NCBI GenBank assembly: GCA_044346705.1
Contig: JBIIYP010000013.1
Location: forward strand, 16,605 to 80,604
Direction: 5' to 3'
Length of the DNA: 64,000 bases
DNA from: Flavobacteriales bacterium
GTDB taxonomy: Bacteria > Bacteroidota > Bacteroidia > Flavobacteriales_F > PHOS-HE28
A model generated the notes under the pieces. That model ran no database searches, was not told where the DNA came from, and saw only the letters and a list, made by a program, of their open reading frames with translations. A program made the translations under genes and the position numbers. Positions 56,703 through 64,000 of this stretch are shown piece after piece (positions within the stretch are counted from its first letter, which is position 1; each line of letters opens with the position of its first letter).

Positions 56703-58958
56703 TTAAGGTCCGGGGTTTCGGTCAAGGGTGTAGCGCAGGCCACCATAGAACATGGCCTTGTTCGTAGGCCCCCAGATCAAGGAGGCGTCAAAATACGGGC
56801 CGAACGGATCGTCGGGGGCGATGATCTGCTGTTGCTGCAGGGTGCTGGTGAGGTTCTCCCCGCCGACGTAGAACTCCCACGACCCTGCGACCAGCGTCAC
56901 TTGGGCATGGAGCGTGGCGTAGGCCGGTGAGCGTTCGGCAAAGCGATGGACCTCCGGGTTGCTCTCGGTCGACGGGATCCTCGAGGAACCGAAGCCATTG
57001 AGGGTGATGTCGAAACGGAAGCGCTCGTTGCGGCTTTCGTAGGCCAGGTCCACCATGCCACGGTGCACCGGCGTGAAGGGCCGTTCGAGCAGCACGCCAT
57101 CGTAGGTGGTGCGCACATCGTACCAGCGGTAAGCCACCTTCGCGTTGATGCGCCGTGCGAGGGCCACCTGCACGTCCGTGAGCACGCTGTTCGCGAAGCT
57201 TTGTCCATCGAGCATGGTGAAGACCACCTGCTGGGGGCTGCGGTCCAGGTCGGTCACCACCTGGTCGGTGAACTGCGTGCGGTAGGCATCGACGGTGAAG
57301 GCCCACTTCCGATCGAGCCATTTCCACTTGTGCACCAGGGATGCACCGAGGTTCCACGCCCTTTCCATACGCAACGTTCCATCGACATGCACGGTGCGGG
57401 AGCTGGCCAGCACGCTGGCGTTCTCGGCGAGCGGCACGGCGGTACGGAAGGCGTTCCCCACGGACAGGCGCACGGCCGTCAAGGGGCCCAGGTCGTACTT
57501 GGCATGCAAGCGGGGGCTCACCGCCTGGCCGAACCAGCTGTTCAGGTCAGCCCGCAGGCCCGCCACCCCCGTGAAGGCACCGCGCCGCAGGGTGTACTCC
57601 GCGAAAGCACCGGGCATCACCTCGTTGCGCGCGAAGCTGCTGTCACGGTATACCTCCACATAATCGTCCACCTGCAGGCTCAGGCCGGTCTTCAGGTCGT
57701 CCTGTCCGCCAGCGGTGAGCATCTGGTAGATCGCACTGCCATACACGCTCTTCTGCTCCCCGGTATAGGTGGTGCGCCCATAGGTGGAAGCCAGGTGGTG
57801 CTGGCGCGCACTGAACACCAGGCCCACGCTCCGGCTGGGGTCGTTCCGGAAGATGAAACCGTACTTGCCGATCGCATCGACCATCTCGTTGTTGATGTCC
57901 ACGCGGTAGTGATCGGCACCGGTCCCTTCGGATGCCCCGTGCTCGTCCGTCTGGCCACCCCTGCGGTTGTCCGTCACGTAACGCAGCACCACCTGTGCGG
58001 TCACGTTGTCCTTGCGGTGCAGCCAGCGGTCCATCACGTTGAACCGGTCGGTCTTGGGCTGGTCCAGGAAGGTGTCGTTGTTCTGGTCCATCGCCGTGTT
58101 GAACACGTTGCCATGCACCATGAGCAGGTTGGACGAATAGGCCCCGGTCCGCTGGGTGAAATGCAGGTTGGCCTCGACGCGCCCCTGCGAATTGCCATAG
58201 AGGTTCATGAAGAAAGGCACGGCGGTATCTGGCGCCAGCAGGCACAGATCGATCTGGCCGGTCATGGCGTTGGGGCCGTTCACGGCGGTACCGATGCCCT
58301 TGCTCACATTGATCGAGTTGATCCACGTGCCCGGTATCAGGGTGAGGCCGTGGTTGGTGCTGAGGCCGCGCACGAAAGGGATGTTCTCCACGCTGGTCTG
58401 CGCGTACTTCCCATCCAGGCCCAGCATGCGAATGGCCTTGGTGCCGCTCACCGCATCGGTGAAGCTCACATCCACGGTGGCGTTGCTCTCGAAGCTCTCG
58501 CTGAGGTCACAGCAGGCCGCACGCTTCAGCTCTTTCGCCCCGATGGCCTCGGTGTTGATGAGCGTGCGTGTGGAGAGCTGTGTGCTCTGTTGCCGCTCCA
58601 CCACCTCGGCGGTCTTCAGTTCCGTTGCCGGATCCAGCACGAAACGCAACGGTGCCGTGGGCGCCTGCTCCAGCAACAGGCTGTCCTCGGAATACCCGGA
58701 TACGAACACGGCGATCAGCACCGGATAGGGGATCGGTGCGGCATGGCGGAACCGCCCGTCGGCATCGGCCATCACGGGAACGCTGTAGGCCTCCGTCCCC
58801 CGGCCGATCAGCACCAACGATGCGAAGGGCAAGGGTGCCGAGGCCCCGTTCGGTGAACGGCCGAGCACCTGCCCGGCAAGGGCCGTGGCATCCTGCGCCA
58901 AGGCCTCAAGGCCGACGAGCAGGAGCAGGAGGAGGACTGAACTTCGGAAGGGGAACAT
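56703..58958 (-). CDS. TonB-dependent receptor
   Basis: It has a signal peptide, a carboxypeptidase-regulatory-like N-domain, a plug domain and a 22-strand barrel length (751 aa). Confidence 0.7.
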   Translation of the reverse strand: MFPFRSSVLLLLLLVGLEALAQDATALAGQVLGRSPNGASAPLPFASLVLIGRGTEAYSVPVMADADGRFRHAAPIPYPVLIAVFVSGYSEDSLLLEQAPTAPLRFVLDPATELKTAEVVERQQSTQLSTRTLINTEAIGAKELKRAACCDLSESFESNATVDVSFTDAVSGTKAIRMLGLDGKYAQTSVENIPFVRGLSTNHGLTLIPGTWINSINVSKGIGTAVNGPNAMTGQIDLCLLAPDTAVPFFMNLYGNSQGRVEANLHFTQRTGAYSSNLLMVHGNVFNTAMDQNNDTFLDQPKTDRFNVMDRWLHRKDNVTAQVVLRYVTDNRRGGQTDEHGASEGTGADHYRVDINNEMVDAIGKYGFIFRNDPSRSVGLVFSARQHHLASTYGRTTYTGEQKSVYGSAIYQMLTAGGQDDLKTGLSLQVDDYVEVYRDSSFARNEVMPGAFAEYTLRRGAFTGVAGLRADLNSWFGQAVSPRLHAKYDLGPLTAVRLSVGNAFRTAVPLAENASVLASSRTVHVDGTLRMERAWNLGASLVHKWKWLDRKWAFTVDAYRTQFTDQVVTDLDRSPQQVVFTMLDGQSFANSVLTDVQVALARRINAKVAYRWYDVRTTYDGVLLERPFTPVHRGMVDLAYESRNERFRFDITLNGFGSSRIPSTESNPEVHRFAERSPAYATLHAQVTLVAGSWEFYVGGENLTSTLQQQQIIAPDDPFGPYFDASLIWGPTNKAMFYGGLRYTLDRNPGP

Positions 58959-59029
58959 GGACGATCATTCTGTGTAACAGAGGTCACCTGCGCCGTGCCC
59001 TGAGGCATGGCCGCACGAACGATCGCGGA

Positions 59030-59437
59030 CTAGATCAGGAAGCAGCTCACCTCGGCCAGTCGCTCGGAAAGCGACGGTGGCGGGGGGCGGTGGTCAACGT
59101 GCACGCCAGGGCGATGGAGCTCCATGGGGGGCAACTGCACCTGGAAGGCCATGACCGCCACCTGCTGAACCGGTATCAGCACGGGAGGCTGGGGCGCAAA
59201 AGGTTGCTTGCCCGGTTCTGCGGTGAACACCTCACAACAGACCGCCTTCACGGCGGCCCCTTGGGAACCGCCATCCTCCGGACAGCATTCCTTGGCATGG
59301 CCCAGGGAAACCTCGGAACGACCGCTCATCAGGCAATCCATGCGCGATACGGCCGGTGCTGCGCTTCCCAGGAGGAACAGCACCAGGAGCATCCAGATGG
59401 ATGCCCGGCGGGAAGTCGATGGACGGGCGGCCAGCAT
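59030..59437 (-). CDS. Hypothetical Cys-rich secreted protein
   Basis: A hydrophobic N-terminus (MLLVLFLLGSAAPA) plus CC pairs (KECCPEDGG, AVCCEV). Confidence 0.35.
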   Translation of the reverse strand: MLAARPSTSRRASIWMLLVLFLLGSAAPAVSRMDCLMSGRSEVSLGHAKECCPEDGGSQGAAVKAVCCEVFTAEPGKQPFAPQPPVLIPVQQVAVMAFQVQLPPMELHRPGVHVDHRPPPPSLSERLAEVSCFLI

Positions 59438-59567
59438 CAGGTCGCAAATGTAGGCTCAGCGCACGCCGGGGGCCAGTGCCAAGCGCACGGGACCTTGGGA
59501 GCCCAAGACGGGGGCTGAAGGACCTAATTTTGTTCCGTCGCCCAGTTCAGGGCACCCACGCACGTCC

Positions 59568-60182
59568 ATGGAACCCAGCACGAAACGCGCACCGATAACG
59601 GTATATGCCGAAAGCACGCCCAATCCTTTGACGCTCCGCTTCGTGTCCAGCCGGATGTTGGTTCCGGATGGCCGGATGCTCGAGTTCCGCAAGGCCGAAG
59701 AGGCCGAGGGCGTCTCCCCCTTGGCGGAAAAGGTGTTCGACCTGCCCTTTGTGGAGGGGGTGTTCATCAGCGGCAACTTCATCACCGTGACACGCAACGC
59801 CGCGGTGGATTGGGACCTGGTGCAACTGGAGCTTCGGGAATACATCCAGGACTACCTGAACACGGAAGGCTCGGTGGTGAACGACGATGCCCCTGCACAG
59901 GCGCTGTTGGACGCGAATGAGCGCGCCGTGACGCATGCGGACGCGGTTTCGGAGGAGGACAAAAGGATCGTGAGCATATTGGATGAATACGTGGCGCCTG
60001 CCGTGGCAGCGGATGGCGGTCATATCGCGTTCCGCTCATTCACGGATGGTGTGGTCACCGTTTCACTGCGTGGAAGTTGCAGTGGATGCCCCAGCAGTAT
60101 GGTGACGCTCAAGGGCGGCATCGAGAACCTGCTGAAGCAGATGGTGCCTGGGGTGCGCGAGGTGATCGCCGAAGAACTCTAG
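59568..60182 (+). CDS. NifU/Nfu-type Fe-S cluster assembly protein
   Basis: It has an Nfu N-domain plus the C-terminal CxxC (GSCSGCPSS). Confidence 0.7.
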   Translation: MEPSTKRAPITVYAESTPNPLTLRFVSSRMLVPDGRMLEFRKAEEAEGVSPLAEKVFDLPFVEGVFISGNFITVTRNAAVDWDLVQLELREYIQDYLNTEGSVVNDDAPAQALLDANERAVTHADAVSEEDKRIVSILDEYVAPAVAADGGHIAFRSFTDGVVTVSLRGSCSGCPSSMVTLKGGIENLLKQMVPGVREVIAEEL

Positions 60183-60251
60183 CTCATCGTGTTCCGCGTG
60201 TGCGATCCGCGACCTGATCGCATCCTATGGTCAAACCCCTTCGGGAAGACC

Positions 60252-60977
60252 ATGAAGAACACCTCACGCATACTGGCCCTCACCCTTGCGCTCAGCGCCG
60301 TGGGAGCCCTGAACGCCCAGACCATCGGCGAGATCCAAGGCTCCATCCTGGCGCCCGATGGCACCCCCGCTTACGGAGCCTTGGTGGAGGTCCAGAACGG
60401 CGGCGACCGCATCGCCACCGCAGCGGACATGGAAGGCCGCTTCGTGCTGAAACCCCTGGTCCCAGGCACCTACACCGTGCGCTTCAGCAGTGCCGAGTTC
60501 GCGGCGTTCGAAATGGAAGGCGTGGTGGTGAACCCGGACAAGATCACCTTCCTCCGCAACATGAAGAGCGATGCCCGGGAGCTCGGTGTGATCGAGATCA
60601 CCAAGCGCCGCTGGGAACCACCCCTGATCGATCCGGAGGAACCCGGCAAGACCACCTTGATCCACACCCAGTTCAAGCGCGACCCCACCCGCAAGAACCT
60701 GGTGAAGCTCGCGTGCACGGTCGGACCAGGTGTCTACAAGGCGCCCAACAGCGAAGAGCTGTATTTCAAAGGATCACGCGCCGACGCCATGATCTACTTC
60801 GTGGACGGCGTGAAGATGAGCCGCTTGACAGGGGTGCCACCGGATGCGGTGAACAGCATCAGCGTCTATACCGGAGGGGTGCCGGCCAAGTACGGTGACT
60901 TCACCGGCGGGGTGATCGCGATCGAGACCAAGACCTACTTCGATCTTTACCGTCAACGCCAGGCCGGCATCCGCTGA
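60252..60977 (+). CDS. Carboxypeptidase-regulatory-like domain secreted protein
   Basis: Signal peptide after the internal ATG. CarbopepD_reg-like region (GALVEVQNGGDRIATAADMEGRFVLKPLVPGTYTVRFS). Confidence 0.5.
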   Translation: MKNTSRILALTLALSAVGALNAQTIGEIQGSILAPDGTPAYGALVEVQNGGDRIATAADMEGRFVLKPLVPGTYTVRFSSAEFAAFEMEGVVVNPDKITFLRNMKSDARELGVIEITKRRWEPPLIDPEEPGKTTLIHTQFKRDPTRKNLVKLACTVGPGVYKAPNSEELYFKGSRADAMIYFVDGVKMSRLTGVPPDAVNSISVYTGGVPAKYGDFTGGVIAIETKTYFDLYRQRQAGIR

Positions 60978-60980
60978 ACC

Positions 60981-61550
60981 ATGTTCCTGCGCCGCAAGGC
61001 CATCGACCCCCTCACCGACGAGGACCTGATCGCCCGCATCCGCGCGGGCGACCAGGCCTCGCTCGGCGTTCTGTGGGACCGGTATGCGCACCTGCTCTTC
61101 GGCGTTGGCATGAAGTACCTGAAGGACACGGAGCGCAGCAAGGACCAGGTGCTTGAGCTCTTCACCACGCTACCCGACCTGCTGGCGAAGCATGTGGTGA
61201 AGAACTTCCGCAGCTGGGTGCACACCGTGATGCGCAACCGCTGCTTCATGGAGCTGCGCGGGAACGACCGCAGCAAGGGCCTGGAAGGCCCTTTGGCCGA
61301 TGAGCCCGAGGAACTGACGCATGAAGCCGCCTTGCACGAAGCCACCCTACAACAACTTGAACGGGCCATCGATGGATTGAAGGAAGGACAGCGCGAGTGC
61401 ATCCGCCTGTTCTACCTGCAGCGGATGAGCTACACGCAAGTAGCCGAACGCACCGGCCTCGACCTTGAGCAGGTCCGCAGCAACCTCCAGAACGGTCGAC
61501 GCAACCTGCGCATCCACTTGGAAAGCCATGCCCACGATGAGACCCTTTGA
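60981..61550 (+). CDS. ECF-type RNA polymerase sigma-70 factor
   Basis: Sigma region 2 (...VMRNRCFMELR) and region 4 helix-turn-helix (...YLQRMSYTQVAERTGL...) are present. Confidence 0.75.
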   Translation: MFLRRKAIDPLTDEDLIARIRAGDQASLGVLWDRYAHLLFGVGMKYLKDTERSKDQVLELFTTLPDLLAKHVVKNFRSWVHTVMRNRCFMELRGNDRSKGLEGPLADEPEELTHEAALHEATLQQLERAIDGLKEGQRECIRLFYLQRMSYTQVAERTGLDLEQVRSNLQNGRRNLRIHLESHAHDETL

Positions 61551-62604
61551 CCCCTTCACCCCACCGGGGCCGCCCTCGCAGGACCTGCTGGAACGTTATG
61601 TCCGTGGCGAGCTCCATGCAGCCGAGCGCCATGCCCTGGAACTCCGGATGGAAGAGGACCCCTTGCTCCGCGAGGCCGTTGAGGGGCTCGGCATGCCGAA
61701 CGCGCTCGCAGGGCTTTCACCGCTCGCTGACCATCGGCCGCGGACCGTGCGTTGGGGGCCCCGGCTGTTCGGCGCCGGCCTGTTGATCGCGGCAGGTTGG
61801 GTGGCCGCCCTGCTGTGGGTCCGTGAGGAGCCCAACGCAGCACCTGCGCCCATCGCCCAACAGCAACTGGAACAACCCTTCGCCGCGGACAGTGTGATCG
61901 CTGTGATCGAGCAGGAGATCATCCTGACGGAGCCCTTGAACGCAACGGAACGCATCGGCCACGACCCCGTGCAACGAGCGCCCATGACCGTGCGCGACAC
62001 CGTCATGGCACAGCCCATCGATCGTCGGGACAGCAGCCCGACCGCGCTGACCATACCACCGCCGGTGCCCGCACCGAGGGAAGCTCCGCCCAGGACCCGC
62101 AGCAACCGGCAGCTGGCCTATGTGCATGACCTGAAGCTCGTGCATCCCAAGGAGCTCTACGAGCCCGTGCCATTGCTCACGGAACCCAGCGGCATCCCGG
62201 CCAATTTCGCGGATGGCAACGACATGCGGGAACGGACCGGCCCACCACGCACCATGCGTTACCTGGACTATATGGACGTGGCGCTGGGCCGCTTCGCACG
62301 GAACGATGAGCGCGGCTGTCTGCAGGACCTGGTCCACCTGTTGGGCCAGTATCCCAACGACGTGAACGGGCGGTTCTATGCCGGCCTGTGCTGCTACAAC
62401 CTGGGGCTCCCGGAGCGGGCCATGGGTTACCTCGAAGCAGTGGTGAACGACCCCCTCGATACCTTCCAAGAGGAGGCGTACTGGTACCTCGCCCTCAGCA
62501 CGGAACGAGCATTGGGCATGGAAGCTGCGGAAGCGCTCTACCGGAACGTGGCTGAAGGCGGCGGCTTCTATGCCCCTCGGGCCGTTGCGAAGCTCACCCC
62601 CTGA
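61528..62604 (+). CDS. Putative anti-sigma factor (single TM, C-terminal TPR-like domain)
   Basis: It overlaps the sigma factor's 3' end. It has a TM segment (LFGAGLLIAAGWVAALLWV) and C-terminal TPR-like helices. Confidence 0.5.
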   Translation: MPTMRPFDPFTPPGPPSQDLLERYVRGELHAAERHALELRMEEDPLLREAVEGLGMPNALAGLSPLADHRPRTVRWGPRLFGAGLLIAAGWVAALLWVREEPNAAPAPIAQQQLEQPFAADSVIAVIEQEIILTEPLNATERIGHDPVQRAPMTVRDTVMAQPIDRRDSSPTALTIPPPVPAPREAPPRTRSNRQLAYVHDLKLVHPKELYEPVPLLTEPSGIPANFADGNDMRERTGPPRTMRYLDYMDVALGRFARNDERGCLQDLVHLLGQYPNDVNGRFYAGLCCYNLGLPERAMGYLEAVVNDPLDTFQEEAYWYLALSTERALGMEAAEALYRNVAEGGGFYAPRAVAKLTP

Positions 62605-62664
62605 ACGGGGCGGGGCGCCGCTGCTTCCGCATCGGCGCCCCGCCCGTTAGCGGAGTACCCGGAA

Positions 62665-63963
62665 CTACTTGTCGAGCACCTTGAACTCTGTGCGTCGGTT
62701 GCGTTGGTGCTGCTCATCGGTACACATGGTGCATTCACACGCGTCCACCGGTTTCGTTTCGCCGTAGCCCTTGCTCTTCACACGGTCCTTGGCGATGCCC
62801 TTGCTGATGAGGTGGTCCACGGCGCTCTTGGCACGCTTCTCCGAGAGGCTCGCGTTGTACGCATCCTTGCCGCGGCAGTCGGTGTGTGAGCTCAGTTCGA
62901 TCTTCACCGAAGGGTTGTCGATCAGGGTCTGCACCAACTTGTCCAGCTCCACGGCGGCATCGGGGCGGATGTTCCACTTGGCCAGGTCGTAGTAGATGTT
63001 GTCCAAGCGCACCACCTGGTCCACTTCCAGCGGGAAGAGGTTGAAGTCGGTCTTGATGAGGGCGCTGGTCTTGCCTTTGGTGGTGATGCGCGCACTTTGC
63101 TTGAAGAAGCCCTCCTTCTCCACCCTGACGCGGTGATCGGTCGCGGGTTGGAGGCTGAAGGCATACCTGCCATCGGCACCTACCACCACTTCCTGAAGCA
63201 CGTTGTCGCTGGCATCACACAGCAGCACCTTGCTGCCGGCAAGTGGCTGCATCGTCCCGCCGTGGTACACCACGCCCTCCGCACCGTAGTCGACCTTGTC
63301 CAGTTCGACCAGTACGCTCTCCAAAGGGTCGACCTCGGTGCTGACCACCATTTCACGCTGCATGTAGCCGTTCTTGCTCGCACTGATGGTGTAGCTCGTC
63401 CGGTGGTCGGCATCGAAGGCGAACTTCCCTTCCGTGTCGGTCTCCATAGTGGGCAGGTCCATCCGCTGGCCGCGATCATCCTTCACCAGCACGGTGGCCA
63501 TGGGGATCGGCAGCCGTGTGAGCTTGTCCACGACCGTACCGGCGATGCGGATCAAGGGCGGGCGCACCGTGGCGCCGTAGATATCATCGCTGCCCTTGCC
63601 TCCGGGTCGATCGCTGGCGAAGAACCCCGTGCTGTCATCGCTCAACAACACCATGTTGTGGTCGTTGAACCGGGTGTTCAAGGGGTATCCGAGGTTGAAC
63701 ACATTGCCCGGCCCGGTGGGCGTAAGGCGGCACATGAAATTGTCATGGCCCCCCAGACCGGAATGCCCGTTGCTGGAGAAGTACAGCACGCTGTCGCGGC
63801 TCAGGAACGGGAAGAGCTCATCGCCCAAGGTGTTCACCTTGGGACCCATGTTCGTCGGAACGCCCCAGCCATTGCCAAGGTTCTCGCAATACCAGATGTC
63901 GGTACCACCAACTCCACCGGGCCTGTCGCTGGCGAAGAACAAGCGCCGACCGTCGATGCTCAC
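62665..63963 (-). CDS. OmpA-family protein with WD40-like/TolB-like beta-propeller repeats and a C-terminal OmpA peptidoglycan-binding domain; the N-terminus may extend past the window end
   Basis: The C-terminus has ...LSSHTDCRGKDAYNASLSEKRAKSAVDHL...TEFKVL (OmpA_C). PD40-like repeats are present. Confidence 0.65.
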   Translation of the reverse strand: MSIDGRRLFFASDRPGGVGGTDIWYCENLGNGWGVPTNMGPKVNTLGDELFPFLSRDSVLYFSSNGHSGLGGHDNFMCRLTPTGPGNVFNLGYPLNTRFNDHNMVLLSDDSTGFFASDRPGGKGSDDIYGATVRPPLIRIAGTVVDKLTRLPIPMATVLVKDDRGQRMDLPTMETDTEGKFAFDADHRTSYTISASKNGYMQREMVVSTEVDPLESVLVELDKVDYGAEGVVYHGGTMQPLAGSKVLLCDASDNVLQEVVVGADGRYAFSLQPATDHRVRVEKEGFFKQSARITTKGKTSALIKTDFNLFPLEVDQVVRLDNIYYDLAKWNIRPDAAVELDKLVQTLIDNPSVKIELSSHTDCRGKDAYNASLSEKRAKSAVDHLISKGIAKDRVKSKGYGETKPVDACECTMCTDEQHQRNRRTEFKVLDK

Positions 63964-64000
63964 GCAGGGATGCCCGTTGTTGAAGCCCGGGTCGTTGTGC

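Noticed and set aside
1-64000. CRISPR arrays, rRNA genes, prophage structural genes, integrase or transposase genes
   Set aside because: None observed. The cassettes flanked by gene 3'-end repeats lack any recombinase within the window.

Overview
High-GC (~65%) chromosomal segment that looks like Bacteroidota, with no rRNA, tRNA or CRISPR detected. Bacteroidota assignment rests on T9SS type A and type B C-terminal sorting domains, an SprB-like giant adhesin, and the uppS-bamA-ompH-ompH-murI and pdxJ-CBS-nadK gene orders. Most of the window is ordinary core genome: trmB, tyrS, pyrC, pdxJ, nadK, uppS, bamA, two skp/ompH, murI, nfu, an ECF sigma/anti-sigma pair, TonB-dependent receptors, an Na/Pi cotransporter and a CRTAC1/ASPIC-UnbV lipoprotein. 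Several accessory insertions sit on this backbone. (1) A lower-GC NAD-salvage cassette, nrtR-prs-nadV, is bracketed by ~181-bp direct repeats of the 3' end of trmB. (2) A two-gene toxin-antitoxin-like cassette (small protein plus a zeta/COG4185-like protein with a degenerate P-loop) is bracketed by ~58-bp copies of the 3' end of a luxE-like gene. (3) An ~85-bp insert is bracketed by ~45-bp copies of the 3' end of an endonuclease/exonuclease/phosphatase gene. These three cases suggest a recurring insertion mode that targets and duplicates gene 3' ends, with no integrase in the window. (4) A type I restriction-modification locus (hsdR ... hsdS-GIY-YIG-hsdM) is split by a lower-GC, translationally coupled three-gene operon of unknown function, which is the best candidate here for an undescribed defence module. 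Other items are a 2244-aa SprB-like adhesin built from ~20 tandem ~237-bp repeats, a heptad-periodic (CAAGNNN)n/(CTTGNNN)n palindromic element, a MITE-like structure with 22-bp inverted repeats, and a TonB-receptor/HMA/Cys-rich putative metal-uptake locus. Many long antisense or alternative-frame ORFs in the supplied track are high-GC artefacts.
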